From positions 52,146,528 through 52,210,527 of the forward strand of contig NC_052161.1 of NCBI RefSeq assembly GCF_902713615.1: DNA of 64,000 nt. The letters are read 5' to 3'. Source of the DNA: Scyliorhinus canicula (lineage: Eukaryota). Each line of letters begins with the position of its first letter. The stretch's first letter is position 1. Below the pieces are notes generated by a model. It saw only the letters and a list, made by a program, of their open reading frames with translations, had not been told where the DNA came from and did no database searches. The position numbers were made by a program, and so were the translations under genes. Below, one piece after another: positions 48,214 through 60,290 of the stretch.

Positions 48214-48781
48214 AGCAAACGGTGACTAAATCTGCATTTAAACCTCCAAATACACGAGACACAATAGCAGGATTAGCTGTGCATGGATAAGTGTTCATAC
48301 ATACAATACTATATGAAACATTGCTGCTATTATGTCCAGTACATTTGGACAGATGCCAAATACCATGAAACTATTTTGCCCTTGCTATTAATTTTGCTTA
48401 AATGCGAGCAACTCTTGTGCTAATTGCTGTGGTTATAATTTTGTACAAAATTGATAGTTTGCCTTCGCCTCTTGTGGCAGTAAATACAGCTTGGACATTT
48501 GACCATTGACTTTCAGTCCCACCATTGGGTGGATAAAATGATAGAAGAAGAACATACTTAAGGTGTTTCCTTCCTTTGTTTGGCTATTTTTGTTTGGCTA
48601 TTTTTTAAAAAAGTATTTTTATAGGAATTTTAAATTTTTACAAAAATTGCTTCAAAACAAACCGAAAAAGAGGACAACCAGTCATAGGTATCAATGTTCA
48701 ACACGTCCAGCATAGCACAGTAGTCGCCACAAAAATGGGAACAAATAAGATTGGATGAATCAGGGACAAAATCCCCAGTAT

Positions 48782-48960
48782 GGGCAGGATTTACCCACCA
48801 ACCCGCCACGTGTTTTTTGGCGAGGAGGCGGCCCGCCAATAGTATCTACCGGTCCCGCCGTTGTCAACGGGCTTCCCATTGACTACACTCCTCGTCACCA
48901 GGAAACCTGTGCATGGGACCGGAATATCCCGCCCGCATGAACAGCCGGTAGACCCCGCCC
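48782..48960. mobile_element. Short GGGC-terminal non-autonomous DNA element
   Basis: GGGCAGGATTTACC ... GGTAGACCCCGCCC; flanks TAT and CAT. Confidence 0.7.
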
Positions 48961-49289
48961 CATATTCCCTTCACGGATATAGAAACCGGCTGCACCAAAA
49001 CAGGATACAGACAACATCACAGACCTACATCACACCCAGAGCTTCAAAACAAAATGACAGAAGGAAGCAAACAATATCCCGATAACCCCAGGACTAAAAG
49101 GGAAACGGGCTAACACTCACAAGGCAAATTAAACTCTTCTCCAGGCCCAGGCCAGAACAGATAGAGTGTAATATAACTGCAGAATGACATGGAGAGGACT
49201 GGGAACCACCAACAATCCATTCCAGCCAAACAAATCCCAGTCGTCAACAGGATAACACGCAATCTGCCTGAGACTGAAAAAGAAAAGGG

Positions 49290-49800
49290 CACTAAATTGA
49301 TTAAAAAAAAGTAGATTAGCTCACACTGGGGGGAACCTTCCTCAAACTTAATCAGGACAGAACTAATCGCACCAACCCAAAACCTCCACCACCCCTCTTC
49401 CCACTCCAGCTCTTTTCATCATCTCCCCCCCCCCCCCCCCCCCCCCCCCCAGGACACATTGGGATAAAGATACTTTGCACAAATCATGAATTCAATGTCC
49501 AGTATAACATGATATAAAATTATAAAATCAGGATAACCAGCAGTGCAGGACATCGCACCTGAATTATTCACTTGCCTATAAACAAATAAATTGACAACAT
49601 CAACAGGCAGCAACATAATTATTAGGAAGAAAAGTCTAGGATTACAATGAGATGTGAGGCAGTTATCAGAGTAAAGACCTTTCCACTGGTGCACGAAGAA
49701 AGCAGAAATCAAAGATTAGACAGGATCAAAGAAAGTGAGCACTCTTCAGGATCTTTGAAGGATTCCAACGATCGAAGACAAAACCTCAATGCTTCCTGCA
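49290..49800 (+). mobile_element. Possible L1/Tx1 ORF2 C-terminal relic
   Basis: One frame gives NIIIRKKSLGLQ*...PFHWC.KKAE, loosely like L1 C-terminal IARK.ILL.W...P....W. Confidence 0.25.
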
Positions 49801-50124
49801 TGCCGTCTCACCTAAACCCAAGTGGTCAACAACTATCAGGAAGGGGAAATATCCAGCCAACTTGGCCATCCCCAACCCCTCTTGACCGACATCAAGAACA
49901 GGATAACATTGGACCAGGGGACAGGATGCCAACCCACACCCAGGCCTCAGAGACAGGATTAAATGTGCTCACTCAATCCACCAAGGACAATATTCTCTCC
50001 ATTACAAGAACCTCCTCACGCGCCTCCACTGCCCCCAAGAAAACTCAATGCAACTCTTGAAATCGGGTTTTGACAACCTGCATCATGTGCACAGCAAGCT
50101 CCCAGAAACAGAAATATTCAATTG

Positions 50125-50300
50125 ACCAGGCAATCTGTTTTAGCAATGTTGATTGATGGGATTAACATTGGATGGGCATGGGGAGAATCCCCATGCTCTG
50201 CTTGGAAATATTGCCATTGGATATTTTGCACCCACTTGAGAAAGCAGACTGGGCCTCAGTTTAAAATTTTGTCCAAAAATGACATCTCCAACTGCACCCC
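50125..50300 (-). mobile_element. DeuSINE-like core relic (SacSINE1/AmnSINE-type)
   Basis: GATGGGATTAACATTGG...GGGGAGAATCCCC.TGCTCT...GCCATTGGAT.TTTTGCACCCACTTGAGAAAGCAGACTGGGCCTCAGTTTAA, recognised from memory of the Deu domain. Confidence 0.5.
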
Positions 50301-50672
50301 TAAGTATTTAATAAAGCAACAATAATGACCTTTAAAGTCTGAAAACTTTTTATTCTGGCATAATAATATCCAGGTCGTTTTTCAGATCTGCTTCTTCTTT
50401 GCAGGTGTTGTCTTGCTGTGAAACCAGCAGAGTGAGAGCAGATCCTGGGAATTACCTTGGCCAATGTTTGCTTCAACAAAAACAGTTAGGAGCTGGTCAG
50501 CCTCAATCTGAGGCCAACACAAACTGCGGACTTGATGCAGAGAATCATATATTCACTGTCTATTCCTAGAACTGAGCCTTTGACTGACCTTATGTATTTA
50601 CTGTACAGTGATAGCTGCATGGAATATGATGCTTGACATTCTGACAGAAGTAGATATTACTGTTATCCAACG

Positions 50673-50888
50673 TGTTGTAACCCAAGTTAAGGACTCCACA
50701 CGTAGCCAGACAGACAGGATACAACTAGGTTTATTCCACTACTCCTCAATACGATACTCTCCACTCCCCCTCAGGTGCCTTTTCTCCAACTTGTTCCCAG
50801 GCCGGGGTTTATATCCTCTGAGGGATCCTCCAATTGGATGAAGCTCTGCCCCTAATCACCTGGGGAGCTCGTATTCCAATCCAATACA
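50673..50888 (-). mobile_element. Possible solo LTR
   Basis: TG...CA ends, minus-strand AATAAA and TATAA, GGGGAGCTCGTATTCCA shared with LTRs at 41285 and 47162; no TSD. Confidence 0.45.
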
Positions 50889-52241
50889 ATGCAGATGCAA
50901 ACCTCTTTGGGGGTCGTAACACGAAGATTCATAACTTTCTATTTTCAGATTTATGCCTTTGTTCCTTAAAAATACATTTAAAATTAAAAAAATTATTTTG
51001 CTATTTTACATTAGTGACTGTAGCTATATAAAGAGTTAATATTTATTTCCCAGATTACCCAGGCATATAAATCTGGAAACAGAAGATTCTATCCCGCCCA
51101 TCCAGCCAAACTGAATTCTGCATAATTAGAGATCTGCAGCTGCCTGTACCTCCTGCTACAGAAGCTTCATTGACACCAGAGAGGTAGGTGCCTGGAACAG
51201 TGCATTAGGAATTTAACATTAAAATAAGCAACTCCACACCTCAGAATTTTCAAAGAACCTTTTTTCTGTTTCTCACCTACAGCATGTAAAACACAACTAC
51301 CTTAATATTGTGCAAATTAATGCCAGAAATTATGTAGGAATATTTGATGGGACTGTTCTTTGTGACCTGAAAGTGAGAAAATATTGTGAAAAGAAAGAAT
51401 CAGTGAAAAAAAAGGTAAACACAAATCTATTCAATTTAGATACAGGGGGGAGGGAGAAAAGATGTAATCCCGATGTTGTGTGGGTTAGTAGTGCAACCAC
51501 CACCCTGCTCCAAGAATGCAAACCCTGCACATTTAGGTATGTAGACAGACCCAAGTGCACGTGGTGCTGAATTCGCAGCTCCGCAGGAAATAATTTGTTG
51601 ATTTGAGTTCACACTTCAAGTTTATGTTATTGTCATTACTTCCCCCAGAATTATTGTAATTATGCAGATTTGTCCACCAAAAATGTATCTTCCTGCAGTC
51701 TTTTGCAACACTCTTCAATTACTGAGTGCCCATTTAGAGAGGCCAGTGGGAAACCTCCATGTTATTCTTTGTCGAACAATACTTTTTAAGGCAAGGTTGG
51801 CTGACTTGTGATATTTGAATTCTTCATGTTATTTATGCAAAACTAAACTTTGAGTAGAATGGATAATACAATCATTTTTTTCTTCTGATTGTTGCTGTTT
51901 GCTATATTCACCATTCCTTTTGTTTCACACCTCCATACTGTATTCTTGTTGACATCAGTTGAAATTTAGCTTGGTACTGTAATGTTCTCTGTATGCAGGG
52001 ATGGGAGGCCTTTGTAGTTGAAGTGATCAGAGAACTTATGGCTTTGTAAATGAACAAAACTGTTTATTGTTTGGGTTTCTATGATATCTACTAAGATTAC
52101 TGTTGGATATGATGGCTAAATACAAACAACTATGATTAACTATTATTAATTACTGTTGACTCAGGAGCTGCTCGATATGCGACTGCACTCTGTGCTTGCT
52201 GTCCAGGTTCTGTCTCTGTGCTGTCCAGGTTCTCTGTGTCA

Positions 52242-52535
52242 CATGTGGGTGTCTTCCCGTGACATTCTCCTCTCACCAACACCACCTGTGGTCGGATGCT
52301 AGAATGCATCCTGTCTCACCATGTGGGTGTCTTCCAGTGACGTTCTCCTGTCGCCACGCCACCTGTGGTCGGAGGCTACAATATCCTGTCTCACCATGTG
52401 GGTGTCTTCCAGTGACGTTCTCCTGTCGCCACGCCACATGTGGTCGGATGCTAGAATGCACCCTGTCTCACCATGTGGGTGTCTTCCAGTGACGTTCTCC
52501 TGTCGCCACGCCACCTGTGGTCAGATGGTCGAATA
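52242..52535. repeat. 75-78 bp minisatellite inside the LTR (4 units)
   Basis: CATGTGGGTGTCTTCC unit starts at 52242, 52320, 52395 and 52472; only 2 units (56125, 56201) in the other LTR. Confidence 0.9.
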
Positions 52536-52605
52536 CTAATCTATACATACAGGCATGAATGTTTACATATGGTTTGGTTATTATATTATATACATAGATG
52601 ATCGT

Positions 52606-52907
52606 TAATAATAATAATCTTTATTGTCACAGGTAGGCTTACATTAACATTGCAATGTAGTTGCTGTGAAAAGCCCCTAGTCGCCACATTACGGCGCCTG
52701 TTCGGGTACACGGAGGGAGAATTCAGAATGTCCAATTCACCTAACAAGCATGTCTTTTGGGACTTGTGGGAGGAAACCGGAGAACCCAGAGGAAACCCAC
52801 ACCAGCATAAGGAGAACATGCAGACCCTGCACAGACAGTGACCCAAGCGGGAATCGAACCTGAGACGCTGGCGCTGTGAGGCGACAGTGCTGTCCACTTT
52901 GCTTCCC
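52606..52907 (-). mobile_element. V-SINE with GTGGCGACTAGGGGC-type tail, inside the LTR
   Basis: V-domain followed by CCGAACAGGCGCCG.AATGTGGCGACTAGGGGCTTTTCACAG...GTGACAATAAAGATTATTA. Confidence 0.9.
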
Positions 52908-53660
52908 ACGTAGGTCACATATCATCACATCCTTCTCTTTTTCAAAATGATTGTTAAATCATTGACATGCACATCTAAACTATTTACAGATAAATGAATT
53001 TTAAATGGGTCAAATTGAATGTATGCAAATGTTAAATGTCCATCATTTAAAAAAGTCTGTATCAGTCTCTTGGCTGATTCTGCTGTTTCACCTCCTTCTA
53101 TGTATAGGGTGTTCCTTGTCTTGAGCTTGTGGTGTTTAAATATCTTACCGGCTTTTGCTGCCAGCACAACTTCCTGATTAGGTTTTGAAGGAAGTGGATC
53201 CATTTTATTTGGCTTCAGGGATTTCCTTGCTATACCAGGGCTCACTATTGTGCTGTTCAATATCGGCTGGTGTCTACGTGCTACAAGTCATCTCAGCGTT
53301 TTGCTGCTTCATGATTAGCTTATTGTTTTCTATGATTCTTTTGTTTTGGTTTAATAGTTCCTGCCCTGTTGAGATGTGCGTTGCATTGTGATTATTATCT
53401 CATTTGACTCACAGTTTTGTTCACTGTGTTGGTGCACGCTCTCAAGGCAACCGTGTCTTCTAGGCCCACCATGCTTTTGGTAGCATCTTGAAAGCGTTTG
53501 TTTATGAGCAGAGCTGCGGTCTGAGCTTTGGATTTGTTCTCTGGAATCTGTTGTGTCTTTTCATCTATGGCTGCTGTGTGCGCCATCTGTATGCAGTCGG
53601 TGTCTGTGTCTTGAATTTCTGTATCAGCGATTGCATAGTCGCCGAGCAACTTGTCGAGTA

Positions 53661-53998
53661 GGGCAGCACGGTAGCATGGTGGTTAGCATAAATGCTTCAC
53701 AGCTCCAGGGTCCCAGGTTCGATTCCCGGCTGGGTCACTGTCTGTGCGGAGTCTGCACGTCCTCCCCGTGTGTGCGTGGGTTTCCTCCGGGTGCTCCGGT
53801 TTCCTCCCACAGTCCAAAGATGTGTGGGTTAGGTGGATTGGCCATGCTAAATTGCCCGTAGTGTAGTAAAAAGTAAGGTTGGCGGGGGGGTTGTTGGGTT
53901 ACGGGTATAGGGTGGATACGTGGGTTTGAGTAGGGTGATCATGGCTCGGCACAACATCGAGGGCGAAGGGCCTGTTCTGTGCTATACTGTTCTATGTT
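53661..53998 (+). mobile_element. V-SINE, CR1-type tail
   Basis: Young full copy. Confidence 0.92.
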
Positions 53999-55574
53999 AA
54001 ATCGGCGTCTTGGTCGTATAGTTGTGGACTGGTTGTAGTGCCTCACATGCTGTCATGCCTAGCAGTGATCTCTTATCCACCTCAACAACCACAAATTCCA
54101 CCAAATATTATTTGTTGTTAACTTCTATTTGCAGAGTGTATTTTCCAAGCATCTTAATTTGTGCATCATGTCTCATTGTCTGGCTGAATGTGTGACTGAA
54201 TGCACATTTTCTTGAGGTCTGCCTCGTTTATTAAATTTGCTCTGGCACCAGTGTCCATTTTGATGAATGTGCTAGTTTGATTTATCATTTGCTGAATTGT
54301 CCAATTGTCTACCTGGCCGGTTCCCATTTATCTCGTAGAATCATTCCACGTCTTCCTCGATGATATCGCTGAAGAATTCATCTTTATCGGCATCTGTTGC
54401 ACTAGTGTCCTCATATCGCCTATTCCGTTCGGCATTTTGCAATGTAGAAGCGTTGTTTCTCGTTTCATTTTCGCAGTTGATGTTCCTCAGCACCTATGTT
54501 TGCTCCATGGACTAGCATTGCTGGGAAAATGGTTGCGCTTTCAGCATCTGGCACACGTTTTGCCATATGCAGGGCATGTACGCGGGCTGTGCGTTCTGCC
54601 GCACAAAGCGACGTATTCCGACGGTCTTTTAAAATGACTGCCCCCACGATGACCATGTTGGGTGTTTTGCTGCTGGCGTCGGTCTCGGTTTTTCATTTTG
54701 CGCCACTTCCCTGTGTTTGGATTTCCATGAGTTGTTGCAAAGCAACTTCGCTGTACTTGCATATCTGTATTGCATCGAATAAAGTCAAATCTCCTTCGCG
54801 CAACAATCGTTCGCGTAACGTGCCGCTTTTAAGTCCATAAACAATTTGGTCCTTGATGAAAGAATCCTGCAGGTCTGCAAAATTGCAGAATTGCGCTTTA
54901 AGACGCAAGTCTGTTACAAAAGAGTCGAATGCTTCGCCCGATTTTTGTAACCGCATACGAAAGACATATCACCCAAACATTACATTTTTCTTCGGATGGC
55001 AGTTGTCATCGAAATACTTGATTATTTTTGATTATTTTATCATAGCTTTTCCTGTTGTCTTCGAAGGCAAACTGGAACGTGTTATATAAGTTAATTGCCT
55101 GGGGACCAGCTACAGTCATCAGTAAGGCTACTTTCCTCTGATCTGAGCCTCCACCTAAAATTTAAATTGTTGTTTAAGAGCATGCCAGTTGACATCAACG
55201 TTACCAGTCATGAGGAGTGGGCTGGGAGTCTTTAGTGTTTCCATCTCGCTTCACCTGGTCGTCCCGAGTTTCGCAGCCGATCTTTTTCTTGTCCTTTTCG
55301 ATTTTTCTTGCCTTTTCTACTTTTTCCTAACTGCACCCATTTGACATTCACTCCGTGGTACCATGTAATGTTCTCTGTATGCAAGGATGGTGAGGTCTTT
55401 GTAGTTGGTGATCAGAGAACATACGGCTTTGTAAATGAACAAAACTGTTTATTAATTAACTAAAACACTCAAGGGTTTCTATGATATCTAGAAGATTATA
55501 GTTGAATACGACGGCTAAATACAAACAACTATGATTAATTATTATTAATTACTGTTGACTTGGGAGCTGCTCAA

Positions 55575-56053
55575 GGGCAGCACAGTAGCACAAGTGGCTA
55601 GCACTGTTGCTTCACAGCACCAGGGTCTCAGGTTCGATTCCCTGCTGAGTCACTGTCTGTGAGGAGTCTGCACGTTCTCCCCGTGTCTGCGTGGGTTTCC
55701 TCCGGGTGCTCCGGTTTCCTCCCACAGTCCAAAGATGTGCAGGTTAGGCGGATTGGCCATGATAAATTGCTCTTAGTGTCCAAAACGGTTAGGAGGGGTT
55801 ATTGGGTTACGGGGATAGGGTGGAAGTGAGGGCTTAAGTGGGTCAGTGTAGACTTGATGGCCGTTGAATATTTCTGGCTACATTGAATATTTCTGATCAA
55901 CAGGAACTCTTATAGGGCAATGATGTCATGTCAATACAACACTCAGGTCTATCTCTGGAAAAGGCATAAAAGATGTTGCAAAAAGAGCACTTTTTACAAC
56001 AGTAAGGAGGTGGTGAAGGCCGAATGGCCTCCTTCTGCACTGTATGTTCTATG
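55575..56053 (+). mobile_element. V-SINE split by a 154-bp insertion
   Basis: Tail interrupted between GATGGCCG and GGCCGAATGGCCTCC. Confidence 0.9.
55863..56016 (+). repeat. Direct copy of 57361-57514
   Basis: GTTGAATATTTCTGGCT...CAGTAAGGAGGTGGTGA present at both sites with few mismatches. Confidence 0.92.
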
Positions 56054-56449
56054 GTCTATATGCGACTGCACTCTGTGCTTGCTGTCCAGGTTCAGTCTCT
56101 GTGCTGTCCAGGTTCTCTGTGTCACATATGGGTGTCTTCCAGTGATGTTCCCCTGTCGCCACATCACCTGTGGTCGGATACTAGAATGCGTCCTGTCTCA
56201 CTATGTGGCTGTCTTCCAGTAATGTTCTCCTGTCATCACGCCACGTGTGATCGGATGTTAGAATACTAATCTATATTTACAGGCACAAATGTTTACATAC
56301 AATTTGGTTATTATATCATATACATAAGCGATTTTCATTTCCTATTTCCTAGGGCTTCCAAATATTACCCTGGGTCAAATGCAAGAAGAGCAATCCCAGA
56401 AAAGGAAAGGCAACCTTCTGGCAATTTCAGTCACAATCTTAACATCAGT

Positions 56450-56945
56450 GATCACTGAGTTGCGCATTTTTAAAAACGTGTTCATGGGATGTGCCTGTCC
56501 AATCTAATTAGCCTGGACTCCTAACAACACTGAAGAAGCTCAAATCCATCTCAGACTAAACCTCCCACTTGATCAGGTACCCGATCCATGTTAAGAATTC
56601 ATTTCCTCCACCACAAACATACCAGCAGCAGTGTGTTCCTCCTACAAGATCTACCGCAGCAACTCACCAACTCTTTGACAGTACTTTCCAAAGTCATGCA
56701 CTCTATCACCTAGGAAGACAAAGGCAGCAGATGCTTAGAAAGACCACCAAATGTATATTCCCCTCCAAGTTGCACACCATCAGATTTGGGACTCGCTTCA
56801 CTGTCACTGAATCAGAAATTGGAAATTCCTGTCATCACCATGGGTGTACCTGCATCATATGGACTGCAGTTGTTCAAGAAGGCAGCTTAATAAAATCATC
56901 TCAATTAGGTACAGACCACAAATACTAGTGTTGCCACATCCAAGG
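56450..56945 (+). mobile_element. Degraded CR1/L2-like LINE 3' fragment
   Basis: CCTACAAGAT.TACCGCAGCAACTCACCAA...CAAGGCAGCAGATGC...GGACTGCAGTTGTTCAAGAAGGCAGC..., a common shark LINE end. Confidence 0.6.
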
Positions 56946-57008
56946 AACAATTTTTAAAAAAGCTGTGGTGGGCTTTCACTTCATGGTTTAAACAATGAAC
57001 AAGGAACC

Positions 57009-57350
57009 ACAGAATCTCTTGAGTGCAGAAGGATGCCATTCAGCCCATTAAGTCTGCACTGACCTTCAAAAGAGCACTCTACCTAGGTCCACTCTGCCAC
57101 CCAACCCCGTAACCCTGCACATTGATCATGGTCAACCCACCTAACCTACACTTCTTTGGAAACAAACGGGCAATTTAGCACGGCCAATCCATTGAACTGC
57201 ACATCTTTGGACTTGGACGGAAACCGAACCGGATGAAGTCCATGCAGACACGGGGAGAAAGCGCAAACCCCAAACAGGCAGTCACCTAAGGCTGGAATCG
57301 AATCCGGGTCCCTGGTGCTGTGAGACAGCAGTGTTAGCCTCTGTGCCCCC
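57009..57350 (-). mobile_element. V-SINE, diverged
   Basis: GCAGAAGGATGCCATTCAGCCC tail and V-domain remnant. Confidence 0.8.
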
Positions 57351-57747
57351 TTGATACTTTGTTGAATATTTCTGGCTCCATTGAATATTTCTGATTGACA
57401 GGAACTCTTATAGGGCAATAATGTCATGTCAATACAACACTTAGGTCTATCTCTGGAAAAGGCATAAAAAATGTTGCACAAAAAGCACTTTTTACAACAG
57501 TAAGGAGGTGGTGATTTGGCTAGATGCTTGCCAGGCAGACCTCTGATTACGAAGATTGATCGTCCATATGGCTATCTCTTGCAACATTATTGGCATGCTG
57601 CTCATATCACAGTATTTATGAAACTAATTTTAGATTATGTGTATTGATGAACTTCAATCTGTCTTGGAAAATACAACAAAAGGTTGCAGAACCTGCGTGC
57701 CCTTTGTAACTTTTCTTAAATATCAAGGAAGCAATCACGTACATATA

Positions 57748-57912
57748 GGGCAAGATCTTCGGGCTGTTCGTGCCGACGGGATCTTCCGGTCTGCGAGTGT
57801 GGAGTGGATTCAGTTGGAAATCCAATTGACAGCAGAAGATCCTGCTGCCGGTCAGCAGCGGGCCACACCTCACCGCCAAGAAATATGCCACGGGGAGGCC
57901 AGAGAATCTCAC
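57748..57912. mobile_element. Short GGGC-terminal non-autonomous DNA element
   Basis: GGGCAAGATCTTC ... GAGAATCTCAC. Confidence 0.6.
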
Positions 57913-57992
57913 TGATAGACTCCAGGATTGAGATTATACTCCACAGAATATTCACCCCCTGATCTATTGACTAGAATTTGGTCTGGAGACCA

Positions 57993-58156
57993 GGGCCGGG
58001 ATTCTGACCCCCTCTCCCCACGTCGTGTTTTCTGGTGGCGGAGGCAGATCACCGTTGGCCGTCGGAGGGGTTTTCCAGTCCCGCCGATGTCAATGGTCAT
58101 TTTTATTGCTCGCTGGCTGCACATTAAGAGGTCCCATCAGCAGTAAAATCCCAACC
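57993..58156. mobile_element. Short GGGC-terminal non-autonomous DNA element, opposite orientation
   Basis: GGGCCGGGATTCT ... GTAAAATCCCAACC; internal similarity to 48782. Confidence 0.6.
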
Positions 58157-58389
58157 TAAATATTGGGATCAGAGATGAGGGATAGTTTTGCCATTGCAGT
58201 GAAAGTCATCATTAGATTAAACTATGTAACACTTTATAATTTATTTTAAACCACTGCTGGTAATATTTTCCAGATCAGTCAGTATTTGGTTCTGTGATGC
58301 CTCAAAACAGTTGGAGCCTCCAATAAGCCAGCAGCAAAAGGCTCCCTAACACTTGTACAAGATGCCTGAGCTCCCTGAAATGCATTGAT

Positions 58390-58595
58390 TCCTTTAAAAA
58401 TATTCTTTTATTCTCCTCCTTTTTCACATTTTCTCCCAAATTTTCACCCAACAATAAACAATCATCAGTAACGAATGTAATGTCAATCCCCATATCAATA
58501 ACAACAATCCCATTCTCCCGCCAACCCCAAAACATTGTCCGCATGTTAACATAAACAAATGACAAAAAGGAATCCGGAATCACCCATAGTCACCC
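58390..58595 (-). mobile_element. Possible LINE (L1-type) 3' UTR end
   Basis: Minus-strand AATAAAAGAATATTTTTAAA terminus after a TG-rich UTR-like tract. Confidence 0.35.
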
Positions 58596-58885
58596 TGAAA
58601 TGCATTGATGACACCCATTTAGCCACCTGAGCTTCTAACAACATGTATGAATCACAATGGGCACCGTTTCTTTATGGACCAAAAGGTCTTTAAATAAATA
58701 CAAATAAAAATCAGGAAAGATGTTAAACAGGCTGCTGATTCGCTATCAACCAATTTACATGGGGGTTTTGTGGCTCACGACGTAACACCCCTGTCTCTAA
58801 GATAGAAACTTTGGGTTCAAATCCCACTCCAGAACTTGTTGGCCATGGAACAAGCATTCATGATACAGTTTGAACAAATTGGTTA

Positions 58886-59453
58886 TGTTATGGGCCAGGG
58901 TTTAGAAAACTCCAAAGTATATCATGGAGTTCACCTGAACCACGACGCTTAATAGATTTTGGTTATGAGGAGCACAAGGGTCCACTCTCCAGGCGTTATG
59001 CAATAGAGACTTTAAGTATTTTTAAAACAAACAATGTTTATTTTATGAGCCCAGTTAACGTTTTATAAACACAGTAAACATCTTATCAACTACCAACACA
59101 TGTAACCTCACAGATACAATACTCTACAGGTAACCCTTAATACCTTTCCCAGCAACATCCATAAGTTGAACCCATTTAACAAAGACAGCAGGTTTAAATT
59201 TGCCCCAGAAACAGGTATTACTTTGAAATCATCAAGTGATCTGGAGACATTCTTTAGATTGCAGAGAGAGATCATGACACATCTGCTTGCTTTGAATACA
59301 GCTCTCCAACTCTGAAAACAAAATCAAAAACACAATGCAGCTCCCAGCTCAAAATGAAAGTGAAAGACAGAAAGACAACCCAACTCCACCCACACACTGA
59401 CATCACTGCAGCTATTTGATACACGCATTTCGTAAAAATACATCCACCTGACA
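58886..59453 (-). mobile_element. Solo LTR of the Gmr1-like family, 4-bp TSD GTTA
   Basis: TGTTATGGGCC...CTGACA; GTTA at 58882-58885 and 59454-59457; similar to LTR 2630-3269. Confidence 0.92.
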
Positions 59454-59616
59454 GTTATCAGCCTGATAAGCCTTCCAAAACTTTCCAACACTTGCCCACT
59501 ATTGCCTAAAGGGGAAATAGTGTGCACGGAAATACAAAACAAACCCATTTTATATTTTTTACAAAACATCAAGATTTATCATTAACTTGCAGGATAAATT
59601 TCAAATATATGGGAGT

Positions 59617-60290
59617 GACAAATTTGGTGCAGGCTCGAAATCTGGTGAGAAGCAAAAAGAGAGATTCCCTCCGGCATGATCAGGTATCAGATTCCAAACC
59701 CTCTGCCCCACCCCCTACCTCCACCCCCCCGATGGAGTAGTGAGAATCGCGCCAAGGGAGCTCAGAAATCTCTTTTTAATACCATGTCATTAGCAAGCAC
59801 TCTCTACAGACCTTCCTCCCTCACGGAATCCTGCCCCTGCACCACGTCCTGTCGGCGTCATTGACAGCAAGTCTGGCCAGCATGAGACAGTCAAGGGATC
59901 CTCCAAGGACACAGAGGTAAATATAGCCACTGAGCGGGTAGAGGGACATGCCCAGGCATGGCACTGGCATAGATTGGTACTTCCAGGTGCCAACCGACAG
60001 TGCCAACATGGCAGAACCAACCTGTGCCAAGGGGCAGTGCTGGAGCAGGATCCTACTGGAAGCTCCATGGGTGGTGGTGCGTATATGCGTGGTGGGCAGG
60101 GAGAGCAGACATGAGTGGGGGGAATCTGCCAGCGATGACTGTCGGGAGAGGGGGGTTTGTGGATCTGCTGGTGATGACTTTTGCGAGGGCTGGTGGGTGA
60201 CCTGCTGGCGAAGACTGTTGGGGGGAGGGGCCTGCTGGGCTGACTGTTAGCAGGTGGGGGCGGGGAGAGGTCGGTAGAGAGACCCCGAGG
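59617..60290. mobile_element. Diverged GC-rich non-autonomous DNA element
   Basis: GC-rich island with motifs resembling the other GGGC-terminal elements; termini not resolved. Confidence 0.35.

Larger units (their letters stand above)
51978..56324 (-). mobile_element. Gypsy element F, two LTRs, gag and protease, RT deleted
   Basis: 3' LTR 51978-52929 next to polypurine tract (PPT) GAAAAAGAGAAGGA; 5' LTR 55366-56324 (truncated); PBS TGGTACCACGGAG; gag QKSGEAFDSFVTDLRLKAQFCNF; CPAYGKTCARC knuckle; MDTGARANLI. Confidence 0.88.

Noticed and set aside
49647-50060. 137-aa plus-strand ORF
   Set aside because: Low-complexity, no splice signals, and overlaps a probable LINE relic.
50404-51800. Several AG...GT exon-like segments (about 50404, 51055, 51646)
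   Set aside because: In-frame stops or weak donors; they cannot be chained into a consistent frame.
52242-52535. Regularly spaced repeats resembling a CRISPR-like array
   Set aside because: The whole unit is repeated with no unique spacers, it lies inside an LTR, and there are no cas genes in this vertebrate context.
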